From contig CALSTM010000002.1 of NCBI GenBank assembly GCA_943789275.1, positions 60,001-92,000 on the forward strand: a stretch of 32,000 nt of DNA. Direction: 5' to 3'. Source of the stretch: Candidatus Poseidoniaceae archaeon (GTDB taxonomy: Archaea > Thermoplasmatota > Poseidoniia > Poseidoniales > Poseidoniaceae). Position numbers and translations under genes: made by a program. Shown one piece after another: positions 8,264-17,346 of this stretch (its first letter is position 1; the number at the start of each line of letters is the position of its first letter). The notes beneath the pieces are model-generated. The model was given only the letters and a program-made list of their open reading frames with translations. It made no database searches and was not told where the DNA came from.

Positions 8264-8557
8264 ATGGATACAATGCCTACTTACACAAGGTCTTGGACGG
8301 AAATTGAGTGGATGTTAGCAGAAGCTCAAGAACAAATGTTGGAGCAAAGAGCCAAGTTCAATCATCGCAAACGAATACGAGACAAGGAGGGCTGTCGTAG
8401 AGCGGCTGCTAAATTTGCTCGTGCCAAAGGTATGGCCGATGTATTGACTTGGGTTATTGGAGGAAAAGGCGCTCCAGATCCAATGGCTGGGTTCGAAGAA
8501 GTCGGCGAGAACCAGTTTATTGGAGATAGGTTCCGTTCCTACATGAACAGAGTCTAA
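8264..8557 (+). CDS. small conserved hypothetical protein, paralog of 10099..10383
   Basis: 97 aa. Shares the pattern R[ST]W.EIE.ML..AE...F...R..D..G...AA...A..G....L.W..G..G...P with the 94-aa ORF at 10099..10383. Confidence 0.6.
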   Translation: MDTMPTYTRSWTEIEWMLAEAQEQMLEQRAKFNHRKRIRDKEGCRRAAAKFARAKGMADVLTWVIGGKGAPDPMAGFEEVGENQFIGDRFRSYMNRV

Positions 8558-8755
8558 TTACCAAATGCCAAGCAGAAGAAGCAGTATCGGATGCATACGA
8601 AGGGATGTTCAGTCCGCCAGTACACTCCCTAGGCTCGTGGGTGGTCTGAAGAACAATGGGCACAGTATGGAACACAGTGGTTGGAAACCAAAAGTCAGTA
8701 CTTTTTTTCAAAGGCTTCATGTATGGCGAGTTCTTGGGTTGGCTGAGGAATAGCC

Positions 8756-9034
8756 ATGACCCACGTAGTTACGAGCACCTGTGTCGATCACAAATACCAA
8801 GAATGCGTCGCAGTATGCCCTGTTGAAGCATTCAGAGAAGCCGAAACATATCTGGTCATCGACCCAGATGAATGCATCGATTGTGGAGCATGTATTCCAG
8901 AGTGTCCAGTCGACGCCATCTTCGCAGACACCGATGTCCCTGATGAAGAAGAGTCTTGGATTGACCGGAACGCAGAGGAATCCGTCGACGCAGAAATCGC
9001 AGAAGGCGATTCTCCTGTCCTCGCTGACGACTAA
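8756..9034 (+). CDS. ferredoxin, 7Fe-type ([3Fe-4S][4Fe-4S]) cysteine pattern, with acidic C-terminal tail
   Basis: C9..C16xxxC20P followed by C40xxC43xxC46xxxC50P (TCVDHKYQECVAVCPVEAF ... CIDCGACIPECPVDAIF). Confidence 0.9.
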   Translation: MTHVVTSTCVDHKYQECVAVCPVEAFREAETYLVIDPDECIDCGACIPECPVDAIFADTDVPDEEESWIDRNAEESVDAEIAEGDSPVLADD

Positions 9035-9072
9035 GGTCGTCTCTATTTACTGCATGACCTAAACTAACGTTC

Positions 9073-10098
9073 ATGAAGGTCGCGCTCAAGGCAAAAGTGA
9101 TTGAAATGGTTCGAACAGACTTTACCCAACTGCGAAACGGTAGTGATTTACTCAAGCGTGGCTTTGCCCGAATGCAACAGGGTGGCGTCATTATGGACGT
9201 CGTCGACCCTGATCAAGCCGCCATTGCCGAAGATTCCGGCGCTGTGGCTGTTATGGCGCTTGAACGAGTTCCTGCTGACATCCGCCGTGATGGTGGAGTC
9301 GCTCGCATGAGCCATCCTGACATGATACAAGGCATCCTTGACTGCACTTCCATCCCAGTGATGGCCAAAGCACGTATCGGCCACGAAGGTGAAGCACGTA
9401 TCCTCGAGTCAATGGGGGTCGACATGGTCGATGAATCTGAAGTTCTCACTCCAGCCGACCCTTTCTTCCACATCAACAAAAACGATTACTCAATTCCGTT
9501 TGTTTGTGGAGCCACTGGACTTGGCGAAGCAGTTCGTCGAATCTATGAAGGTGCTTCCATGATTCGTACCAAGGGCGAGGCAGGAACCGGAAACCTGGTC
9601 GCTGCTGTAACTCACGCACGCCTGATTGACCAAGAGATTCGACAAATCCAATCGTTGGACGATGCAGGCTTGGAAAAAGTTTCGAACATTATTGTTGATC
9701 GTTACCGTGTTCTTGCTGACACCTCCGAACTACCAGGACATTATCCAATGACGCCGTTTGGAGCCATAGACGACAACATGAACAATGACATTCTCGAAAT
9801 TCTTAACCAGGTCAAGAACATGGAAAGACTTCCCGTTGTCACGTTTTCTGCTGGAGGCATCGCTACGCCTGCCGACGCATCTCACATGATGCGATTAGGA
9901 ATGGATGGAATTTTCGTCGGCTCAGGAATCTTCAAGTCATCCGATCCAAAAACGATGGCTGACGCAATTGTTCTTGCGACTGCACACTATGATGATGCAT
10001 CAAAGGTAACCGAAGCCATGGCTATGACGCTTGGCGACCCAATGAAGGGCGATGAACTTGAAACGCTGGAAGTCCGTATGGACCAGCGTGGCTGGTAA
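9073..10098 (+). CDS. pdxS: pyridoxal 5'-phosphate synthase, lyase subunit PdxS
   Basis: [45 protein letters not shown] and TKGEAGTGN are unmistakable PdxS motifs. No pdxT lies adjacent. Confidence 0.97.
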   Translation: MKVALKAKVIEMVRTDFTQLRNGSDLLKRGFARMQQGGVIMDVVDPDQAAIAEDSGAVAVMALERVPADIRRDGGVARMSHPDMIQGILDCTSIPVMAKARIGHEGEARILESMGVDMVDESEVLTPADPFFHINKNDYSIPFVCGATGLGEAVRRIYEGASMIRTKGEAGTGNLVAAVTHARLIDQEIRQIQSLDDAGLEKVSNIIVDRYRVLADTSELPGHYPMTPFGAIDDNMNNDILEILNQVKNMERLPVVTFSAGGIATPADASHMMRLGMDGIFVGSGIFKSSDPKTMADAIVLATAHYDDASKVTEAMAMTLGDPMKGDELETLEVRMDQRGW

Positions 10099-10383
10099 TC
10101 ACTCCAAGGGGTTGGAAATTCCCTCTTCTCCGAGGGCCCACTTGAGCGTCTTTACCACACCGTCCAGTGCCTTGTGATTTCGTGCGGCCTCTTTCATACC
10201 GTCCCTGTCCTCATTCCTTCGGCATTCTTCGAACCACACCTTCCACTCAGCACGCTTAGCCTCAGCTTTGTTGAGCATGTTTTCGATTTCTTCCCAAGTG
10301 CGGTCGTAACTTCGAACAGGTGTGCCACGAGATGACATATGCGGTGTGCGATAACCCAAGGTATTTGAGCCAAACGCCAACAT
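10099..10383 (-). CDS. small conserved hypothetical protein, paralog of 8264..8557
   Basis: See 8264..8557. The start is ATG 10383 or the internal ATG 10338 (MSSRGTPVRSYDRTWEEIE...). It lies 2 nt downstream of the preceding gene's stop. Confidence 0.6.
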   Translation of the reverse strand: MLAFGSNTLGYRTPHMSSRGTPVRSYDRTWEEIENMLNKAEAKRAEWKVWFEECRRNEDRDGMKEAARNHKALDGVVKTLKWALGEEGISNPLE

Positions 10384-10385
10384 GA

Positions 10386-11447
10386 TTACTCAGGGTTCGG
10401 AATTCGGCAATCTTTGAGAACGCTACCAGGCTCCAAAATCACACCATCACCAAGAATGACATTCTCTAACGAACATCCTGCGCCTATCTTCACGCGTTCA
10501 CCTAAAACGCTGTTCGTAAGCCGGCAATCTTTGCCCACTTCCGACCCCGACATGACAAGAACATCTTTGAGAACACTTCCGTATTCAATATGGCTCGAAG
10601 AAGAGACGACCGTGCCCTCAATTTCGCCGTTCATTTTTGCTGAACAGGCGATGAAACTGTTTTCGGAAAAGTCACCTTCAGGAAGTGGAAAAGGAAGTGA
10701 CGCACGCTGTTCAATGAGGGTATGCTGGGCGCGGATAAGTTCGGATGGGTGCCCAACGTCAAACCAGACACCATCAATTGTTTTCGCATACATTGGCCAG
10801 CCTTTTTCCAATACCATTGGAAAGAGTTGTTTGCTGAAATCAAACTTTTCTCCTTCCGGCACGAGAGCCAGAACTTCAGGTTCGATGATGTACAATCCTG
10901 CATTGATGACATTGCTGAAGGCTTCTTCAGCAGTAGGTTTCTCCTTGAACTTACAGATGTATCCTTCTCGAAGTTGACCGTCAAGTTCACCGTGATGCGT
11001 TGCTGAAAGGCCCACTATGCCGAACTCAGTCGGGTCTTCGACCTCCCAAAGAGCCATGGTGACTCGTGCTCCGCTTTGGCGATGCGAATCAATGAGGGCA
11101 CCGATATCAAAAGAAGCTACAGAATCACCTGAGCCGACAACAAAGGTATCGGTCAAATGTTCCGAGAGAAGGCGAACACTGCCCGCAGTCCCCATCGGGG
11201 TGGATTCTTGATTGACCCACGCTTGCAATGGATGGTCACCAACGGTCCACGATGCGACATGGTGTTCAAGTTGCTCTCCACGGTAACCGGTGGTCACAAC
11301 CACGGTATCGATGGAAGCATCCTGCATGGCATCTTTGACAAAGTCGATAACCGGACGTCCGAGAATCTCAACCATTGGCTTCGGCCGAGTGAGTGTGAGA
11401 GGGCGTAGGCGAGAGCCCTGGCCACCTGCCATGATGACCCCGAACAT
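10386..11447 (-). CDS. NDP-sugar pyrophosphorylase (sugar-1-phosphate nucleotidyltransferase) with C-terminal left-handed beta-helix
   Basis: N-terminus MAGGQGSRLRPLT..RPKPMV..G.P.I. The C-terminal hexapeptide-like repeats are VLGERVKIGAGCSLENVILGDGVILEPGSVL. Confidence 0.87.
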   Translation of the reverse strand: MFGVIMAGGQGSRLRPLTLTRPKPMVEILGRPVIDFVKDAMQDASIDTVVVTTGYRGEQLEHHVASWTVGDHPLQAWVNQESTPMGTAGSVRLLSEHLTDTFVVGSGDSVASFDIGALIDSHRQSGARVTMALWEVEDPTEFGIVGLSATHHGELDGQLREGYICKFKEKPTAEEAFSNVINAGLYIIEPEVLALVPEGEKFDFSKQLFPMVLEKGWPMYAKTIDGVWFDVGHPSELIRAQHTLIEQRASLPFPLPEGDFSENSFIACSAKMNGEIEGTVVSSSSHIEYGSVLKDVLVMSGSEVGKDCRLTNSVLGERVKIGAGCSLENVILGDGVILEPGSVLKDCRIPNPE

Positions 11448-11456
11448 GTCAACACC

Positions 11457-12464
11457 TCAGCGACGTCGTGATGCACGCATGTCGATTTTACGCATCGACT
11501 TCTTCTTACCAGACTTCGATTTACGATTGCTCGAATTGCCAGTATCCCCTTGACCAATTCCGCCAAAGGTAATTCCACCCGAATTCAAGAGTTTGGAGAC
11601 AAGTTCGTCAGCAACTTCTTCCGATTCTGCTCCGGTTTTCATCTCTGCTTTGACCGAAGCATTGTGATCGGTCATCCATGACTTACGCTCATCACGAGCC
11701 ATGTTCAACTTGTCCCGGACCTTGTTGACATCGACCATGAGTTCAGTGATTTTGTTGTGCATCTCGTCAGACTTTTGACGCAATTCCAAAAATTCAGTAT
11801 GGAATCGGTCGCCTTCGGCCTTGAGGAAATCTCGGTGCGAAAAGGCTTCATCCACTTCTTTTGATATGGCATCTGCCCTTCCGACTGCTTCGAGCATGTC
11901 TTGATGGGCTGCGTCAGCTTCTGAACGAAGCAATTTGATGGCTGAATCCATGTCGCTAAGGTCAACGTTAATCATCTCAAATTGTGTGACCTCCGGTGCC
12001 AATTCCTTAATTCGGAGTTTCATCTCCTTGATTTTCTTAATCATTTCCTTTTCCTTCTTTTGACCTACTGAGGAGGTCTCAAATGTCTTTTCGAGTGATT
12101 GTACTTCGTGTCGTAACTTGGCATACTCTGCAGTAGCCGATTTCTTTTCGCCCTTTTCATCACGGCGGCCTTTCACTTGATTGATCACTTCGCGAAGTTG
12201 TTGCTGAAGAGCGTTACGCTTTTCCTTGAACATCTTAATTTCAGCACGGATGGCTTTGATTTCGGTGAGTACCAAGTCGACCTTTTCGCGGTGTTCCTTG
12301 TATTGACCCTGGATAGCGTTACGCTTATCGGCTACAGTACGAGCCTGGTCGCTGAAGGAATTGCGAGTATTTCGCATTTTTCGAACACGTGCTTCCATGC
12401 CCTGTAATTCTTCTCGCAATTCAGCATCAGGACTTGGAGTCGCATCGTCTGGTCTTCCGCGCAT
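11457..12464 (-). CDS. coiled-coil protein, paralog P1 of an archaeal ~300-aa coiled-coil family (COG1340-like), basic C-terminal tail
   Basis: Heptad-rich K/E/R sequence. The central motif LEKTFETSSVGQKKEKEMIKKIKEM (aa 124-148) is shared in position with P2 and P3. C-terminus carries LVSKLLNSGGITFGG and RKSKSGKKKSMRK. Confidence 0.75.
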   Translation of the reverse strand: MRGRPDDATPSPDAELREELQGMEARVRKMRNTRNSFSDQARTVADKRNAIQGQYKEHREKVDLVLTEIKAIRAEIKMFKEKRNALQQQLREVINQVKGRRDEKGEKKSATAEYAKLRHEVQSLEKTFETSSVGQKKEKEMIKKIKEMKLRIKELAPEVTQFEMINVDLSDMDSAIKLLRSEADAAHQDMLEAVGRADAISKEVDEAFSHRDFLKAEGDRFHTEFLELRQKSDEMHNKITELMVDVNKVRDKLNMARDERKSWMTDHNASVKAEMKTGAESEEVADELVSKLLNSGGITFGGIGQGDTGNSSNRKSKSGKKKSMRKIDMRASRRR

Positions 12465-12516
12465 GGTTGCTGCACAGAGTGACCCATTTCAAATCTACCC
12501 ATGAGTAAAAAGGCAA

Positions 12517-14064
12517 TTACACACCGATGTTACCGAGTATTTCACTGACTTTGATGAACACTGCGGCAGTAATACCAAGGATTCCAAACAGTCCAGTGGT
12601 CACCGATGAAAAGCCGAGAATACGTTCAAGGAATTTTGTCCGTACACGGACGTTAATTTGGCGCCCAATAATGAGGTCACCGCTCTGTTCTTCGAGACGT
12701 ACAGAGACCGTTGCCTCTCCAAACCGCTCAGGAAGTAACGATTGCCAAGAAACGGTTCCGTCTCGCAATAAACCCGACATTAAGCCGAGAACATCCTCGT
12801 CTCCCTTTGCAGCGAGTGGGAGAGCCTTTGTCGACCACCAATGTTGTTCACCTGGATTAAGGCGGTAAGTCATGGCAATGTCGTGTGGACGGAAGTCTGG
12901 CGATTGGACCCGAAGCACTACGTTTCGCGGTGTTTCTGAAAGATTGTGAATCAACGTGAACAAATTTGCACGCTCATGAACCACATTCTCCATGTCGACT
13001 TCGAAGACAATGTCAGAATTGGTTGCCGCTCGACCAGCACCAAGGTCTTCCTCGATTCGACCGATCATGCGGAAGAAGGCTGGACATGAATGTTCAATGT
13101 GGTCGATGATAGAAAGCCATTCTTCCATCGTAAAGACGGGATGGTTCTTGACGAATTCCATTCCTTTGACATTCAAAACTTCTGACAACTCCGATTCCAT
13201 TGTCTTGTAATCGAGTCCCTTTGAATGCCGGTAAAGCGTCATCAAAATTTTCTCACGCGCATACTGAGGGTCCGTTCCTCGCTTGAGTTTTGACTCCAGT
13301 CCTTTCGAATAAACTTCGTAAACCGAACGCAACAAGGGGTCCATGTGCGTTTTAACCAAATCATCAAACACCATTTCAAGGGTCGAAGGGTGAATCGGTG
13401 GGTTGTATGCTTTCAACAGACCTGTTCGCTCGTCCATGTTAAACGGATAAGAACGAGTTGGGAAGTGCTGTGACAAGGACAACATCAGCGTCGAAAAGGA
13501 AAGTAAAAGCATGATACGACCGTTCAGTGAGGAGATATCAACAAAGAAAATCACAATCAAGAGTAGACTGGAGAGGATTCCAAAGGAAAGCGCCCAAGTG
13601 TGCTTCGATTTTGCGCCAGATAACTGGTCAGCGAGGCTTTCATAACCGTGCAAGGATTGTACAGAGAGATGTTCACCGTTGAGTCGTTCGACTTCCTGCT
13701 CGAAATTGTTCAAAGATAACTCAACACGGTGGCGATGAAAAGTTTGTGCGAGAATATAGCCGAGAAGGAGAACAAAGGTTAACGCCGTGAGAGCAATGGC
13801 GAAACTAATTCCCACGGTCGGTTCAATTTTCAACCACCATTCAGGTGACGAGGCTGAAAAAGCGAGAGCTCCAAAGTACGTGAAGAAGGAAAATGCCGGT
13901 AAAATCAGGACAAGACGCAATCCAGAGCCGAGTAATTGCCGGTCGATAGCAAACCAAAAACGTTCAGACATGAGTATACTTTCTTCCGAAGCAACTGGGT
14001 TTTTTCCATCGCTTGATGAATCAACCTCTTTGTCAACCATGTTTGTTCCACCAACCCTTTGCAC
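12517..14064 (-). CDS. hypothetical multi-pass membrane protein with large soluble domain and C-terminal TM
   Basis: About four N-terminal hydrophobic helices, a ~290-aa soluble region and the terminal helix GLFGILGITAAVFIKV. The start is GTG 14064 or, more likely, ATG 14040. No known motif. Confidence 0.6.
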   Translation of the reverse strand: MQRVGGTNMVDKEVDSSSDGKNPVASEESILMSERFWFAIDRQLLGSGLRLVLILPAFSFFTYFGALAFSASSPEWWLKIEPTVGISFAIALTALTFVLLLGYILAQTFHRHRVELSLNNFEQEVERLNGEHLSVQSLHGYESLADQLSGAKSKHTWALSFGILSSLLLIVIFFVDISSLNGRIMLLLSFSTLMLSLSQHFPTRSYPFNMDERTGLLKAYNPPIHPSTLEMVFDDLVKTHMDPLLRSVYEVYSKGLESKLKRGTDPQYAREKILMTLYRHSKGLDYKTMESELSEVLNVKGMEFVKNHPVFTMEEWLSIIDHIEHSCPAFFRMIGRIEEDLGAGRAATNSDIVFEVDMENVVHERANLFTLIHNLSETPRNVVLRVQSPDFRPHDIAMTYRLNPGEQHWWSTKALPLAAKGDEDVLGLMSGLLRDGTVSWQSLLPERFGEATVSVRLEEQSGDLIIGRQINVRVRTKFLERILGFSSVTTGLFGILGITAAVFIKVSEILGNIGV

Positions 14065-14076
14065 TAAAGTGTTACA

Positions 14077-14760
14077 TCAATTTAAACCCGTATGTGTACG
14101 TACGAGAAGTTTTGAAGCAAGTTCCGTTGAGAAAGCGATGTTCGTTTGGTCGGAGAGCATGTAGCCGTCCTTCGAACGGGTAATGGTTTGGCCGACTTTA
14201 CACCCTTGAGATTCCAAGACTTCCACTTCGGCTGCATGGAGAAACATCGCTTCCAAAACTCCAGATTCGTTGAATGAAAGGCTGGCAAGAGAGCAAAGGC
14301 GTGACTTTGAGGCAAGCACTCGCTCTGCAATGTCCGAGGAGGCAAGAGGAATATCTCGTCCACTGGGGTCAAACTCAGGCTCTCCGAGAAGCAACGTAAG
14401 AGCGACTTCTAAATCATCATCGATGGCGTGTTCCAATCGACATGCCGTTTCGTGAGTATTGCCTTGGAAAGAAACGCTCTCCAAAAAGACTTCAGCTAAA
14501 CGATGACGGCGCTTCATCTTCTGACCGTGAATCATGCCCTTTTCAGTCAGAGTCGCACCCTTGTACGGGACATAATCAACTAAACCCTTCCCAGCAAGCC
14601 GTTGAATCATTTCGGTTGCTGAGGCCGGTGAAACACCAAGTGAGCCGGCTAAGTCACCGTTACGAACTGGGAGGTTCGGTTGCTTCTCAAAAAACTCATA
14701 CATGGTCTCAAGATACTCATCCTCAAATTCGCGAAAATGTCCATTCATGCCCTCACCCAT
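14077..14760 (-). CDS. DtxR/IdeR/MntR-family metal-dependent transcriptional regulator with C-terminal FeoA/SH3-like domain
   Basis: wHTH region DLAGSLGVSPASATEMIQRLAGKGLV. TEKG....KM.RRHRLAEVFL and CRLEH match the DtxR metal-site and dimerisation region. Confidence 0.9.
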   Translation of the reverse strand: MGEGMNGHFREFEDEYLETMYEFFEKQPNLPVRNGDLAGSLGVSPASATEMIQRLAGKGLVDYVPYKGATLTEKGMIHGQKMKRRHRLAEVFLESVSFQGNTHETACRLEHAIDDDLEVALTLLLGEPEFDPSGRDIPLASSDIAERVLASKSRLCSLASLSFNESGVLEAMFLHAAEVEVLESQGCKVGQTITRSKDGYMLSDQTNIAFSTELASKLLVRTHTGLN

Positions 14761-14765
14761 TTCGA

Positions 14766-17255
14766 TTAGGTCTGTTCAGCAGAAAAAACTTCCTCACATG
14801 CCGGACAACGAACTGAACCGGTGTAGTCACCAGGAATTCGGAGTGATTGTGTGCATTCCGGGCAGTGAATCTCAACCTTGCCGTCCGTCTCAACAGCCGG
14901 TTCTTCTTCAACCGGTTCTCGAGAGGTATCAATTCGAGGCGTCACTTCAAAGCGATTTGAACAATCTGGACAACGCACTTGGCCACCGTAGTCTGCCGGA
15001 ACACGAAGCTGGCGGTCGCACTCCGGGCAGCCAATCTGGATTTTCTCGACGTTCGTCGTTTTGGTTTGCTTTTGAGAACCCTTTGATTCCTTGCCCTTCT
15101 TTGGCTTTTTGAGTGCTGAATCGGTACTTCGGTTTTGATAGATTCGAATGACTGCACCAAGAGCCACAGCGAGCATAGCCCCTCCAATCAGTCCGACCCA
15201 AGGAAATTCAAACGATGCTTCCTCAACCACGACGACCCCTGATTGGAACGAGTTCGTTCCAACGAAGCTGTCTTCGGCAACAACCCAAGTCACTTTGAGC
15301 GGAGCGGAATCCAAGTTGGGCCATTCAAAAGAGAACTGATAGTTCGAATCGGAATTCGCTGCTAGTGCATCGGTAGGCATCTCTCCAAGGAAAAGGCCAC
15401 CCTGTGTTGAAACGACAAGATAGCCTTCAGCGCCAGCAATATCTCCAGTGTTTCTCACTTGAACGGTAACCGTGCCGGTCTGGCCAGGTAACGGGCGGTT
15501 GGGCGTTGAAAGTGGATTGAAATCAACCGAATACGATGGACGGTCGTCTGGAACGCTCAAACTAAAACTTGAGAAACCAAATCCAGTGGTCCAGTTCAGC
15601 GGAGTTGCTCGAATGGAAACTCGGTCGGAGTCAACAAAGCCTACGGTGTAAACACCACCGGTCGAACCTGCAGTGAGTGTGGCTTCGTAATCCATTGGAT
15701 AGACATCCAAACCCGACTCAGTATAGCCAAGCCGGATGCGAACTGGACGATCTATACCTTCGCTCATCTCGACGGACCACTCAAAGGAGATGCCGTTGAC
15801 TGCATCCCATTTCACCGAAGTAATCTTTGGATTCAGGGTTTGCTGCGCTGCTACAGGGACCATCACTGTGCCGTTCAGTCCGGAATCTATTGAGCCATCC
15901 GTGGATGAAAGTGACCAGTTAACCGCCTGGTCTCCAACCATTGAAAGCGGCAAGGAAACACTGACTTCACCTGCTGAGTCGATACCGAGAGTGAGAAGAT
16001 TACTCGTGTATTCGACTCCGAGGGTCTCACACAACAACACCACCTGACCAACGTGTTCCCCATGGTTACGTACGAGCATTGAGAAAACTGCTGTATCCCC
16101 TTCATGCCAAGGACCGTTCAAAACAGCAGGTATGCTGGAGCCTGCGGATTCAAATGCGGCCGCTTCAATATCAAAAGCGAGCGAGACGCTCGACACCGAC
16201 TGCTCGGAAATCCGCATGCCATTGACCGAGCATGACAACAAATCAGGACGGGCAGTCGACTGCAGAGGGAGGGTTGTTGCCGATTGCAGCGATAACGAAA
16301 ACGGTGCATCATAGAGCGTATCCTGCCCGAAGGTGCATACCATCTGACCGTTAAAATCGAGAGTCCCGGTATTGGAAACGGAGAGATTCCATTCAACGGC
16401 ATCACCAGCGGTAATTTCGCCCGTGTTGGAAGAGAAAGAGAGGGTTAACAGCGGCAAAGGAGGCGGTGATACTTGCAATGTAAGTTCACGAGATTCATCG
16501 CTTGAATCACCGTCACCCGATGAATTCAAGGCCAGTAAAAGTGTTGCAGAGCCTTCCTGAAGTTGGAGCGTACTGTTGAAGAAAACAATCAAGCTTGATT
16601 GTGCATCGACGGTGAATGGGGACGTTGTTTGATTATCGAACGTCGACTGTACGAGCAGGGAGTGGGAAAGTGTTCCGGTCCAAGAAAAGTCACCGTCGTT
16701 AACGACCGCGACCTCGGTCTGTAGGTAATCCCCATCGTGAAGAGAAACGTTTCCGGTAAGGTCGCCTTCCGAGGTCAAACCAGAAAGAAGAATTTGTCCT
16801 GCTGGTGCTAAAGAGATATCGATCGGCTTGAGGCGATGAAGCGTTCGGGACAAGGTCAGTGTTTGGGTCGAATTCGCAGTCCCCACCTCACCCAAAACCT
16901 CGACTTGGACGGAGGTGTAACCGTATGGAAGAGAAGTGAGACCAAATTGCACGGGAAGAGTTGAGTCCGCAGGAACGGTTAGATTTTGGCTCAATGCAGC
17001 GAATGGAGTCCCGTCGAGTGAAGAAAGGACGACTTGAACTTCCACTTCGGCGTCGCTTGATAACAGTTCAACCAAGTCAAACTGTAAGTCGTATGTCGAG
17101 TCCTCAGTGGTCGCAAAATCATCGAGTGAAAAACTGCTTACATCGAGCACTGCGCCGCCACCTGTTGCACTAACCAAAGGCAACAGACAGGTCAAAAAAA
17201 GAGCAGTCATGCACACGGCTAACCCCTTGGATTGACTGGCCTCACCCCTGCCCAT
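14766..17255 (-). CDS. type-I membrane protein: signal peptide, CARDB-like beta-sandwich repeats, one TM, cytoplasmic tail with two MJ0042-type zinc ribbons
   Basis: Signal peptide MTALFLTCLLPLVSA. Repeated V.V.N.G-type segments (LSVSNTGTLDF, MLVRNHGEHVG, VQVRNTGDIAG). TM segment WVGLIGGAMLAVALGAVIRIY. Zinc ribbons CPECDRQLRVPADYGGQVRCPDCSNRFEV and CPECTQSLRIPGDYTGSVRCPACEEVFSA. Confidence 0.8.
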   Translation of the reverse strand: MGRGEASQSKGLAVCMTALFLTCLLPLVSATGGGAVLDVSSFSLDDFATTEDSTYDLQFDLVELLSSDAEVEVQVVLSSLDGTPFAALSQNLTVPADSTLPVQFGLTSLPYGYTSVQVEVLGEVGTANSTQTLTLSRTLHRLKPIDISLAPAGQILLSGLTSEGDLTGNVSLHDGDYLQTEVAVVNDGDFSWTGTLSHSLLVQSTFDNQTTSPFTVDAQSSLIVFFNSTLQLQEGSATLLLALNSSGDGDSSDESRELTLQVSPPPLPLLTLSFSSNTGEITAGDAVEWNLSVSNTGTLDFNGQMVCTFGQDTLYDAPFSLSLQSATTLPLQSTARPDLLSCSVNGMRISEQSVSSVSLAFDIEAAAFESAGSSIPAVLNGPWHEGDTAVFSMLVRNHGEHVGQVVLLCETLGVEYTSNLLTLGIDSAGEVSVSLPLSMVGDQAVNWSLSSTDGSIDSGLNGTVMVPVAAQQTLNPKITSVKWDAVNGISFEWSVEMSEGIDRPVRIRLGYTESGLDVYPMDYEATLTAGSTGGVYTVGFVDSDRVSIRATPLNWTTGFGFSSFSLSVPDDRPSYSVDFNPLSTPNRPLPGQTGTVTVQVRNTGDIAGAEGYLVVSTQGGLFLGEMPTDALAANSDSNYQFSFEWPNLDSAPLKVTWVVAEDSFVGTNSFQSGVVVVEEASFEFPWVGLIGGAMLAVALGAVIRIYQNRSTDSALKKPKKGKESKGSQKQTKTTNVEKIQIGCPECDRQLRVPADYGGQVRCPDCSNRFEVTPRIDTSREPVEEEPAVETDGKVEIHCPECTQSLRIPGDYTGSVRCPACEEVFSAEQT

Positions 17256-17314
17256 ACAACCCCCTCTGCACGGGGGTTCTTCACTTTCTCGCCTAATGAA
17301 GACACTACGCCATG

Positions 17315-17322
17315 TTTATTGA
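17315..17322 (+). promoter_or_regulatory. candidate TATA box (TTTATTGA) for the plus-strand coiled-coil/NTase operon
   Basis: Centred about 28 nt upstream of ATG 17347, in the 70-nt divergent intergenic region. Confidence 0.25.
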
Positions 17323-17346
17323 AGGTTGGAGACTGGCGCACTTTGT

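Noticed and set aside
8489-8497. GGGTTCGAA (also GGTTTCGAACC near 20406-20416) resembling a tRNA T-arm.
   Set aside because: Both lie inside well-supported CDSs, and I could not fold the flanks into acceptor, D and anticodon arms. No tRNA or rRNA gene is supported anywhere in the window.
8565-8753. 62-aa ORF filling the 198-nt gap between the small paralog gene and ferredoxin.
   Set aside because: The composition is not protein-like (R/S/G-rich, no motif), and there is no SD or TATA at a suitable distance. The gap more likely holds a terminator (T7 run at 8702-8708) and the ferredoxin promoter.
9073-10098. pdxS without an adjacent pdxT glutaminase, considered as an anomaly.
   Set aside because: pdxS and pdxT are frequently unlinked in archaea, so absence from a 32-kb window says nothing about the genome.
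17258-17278. Hairpin AACCCCC-TCTGCAC-GGGGGTT, 3 nt upstream of the 829-aa gene's start codon.
   Set aside because: It is a real 7-bp stem but short, with no flanking T-run (so not a terminator) and no second copy in the window. It may be a 5'-UTR element, but I cannot support a function.
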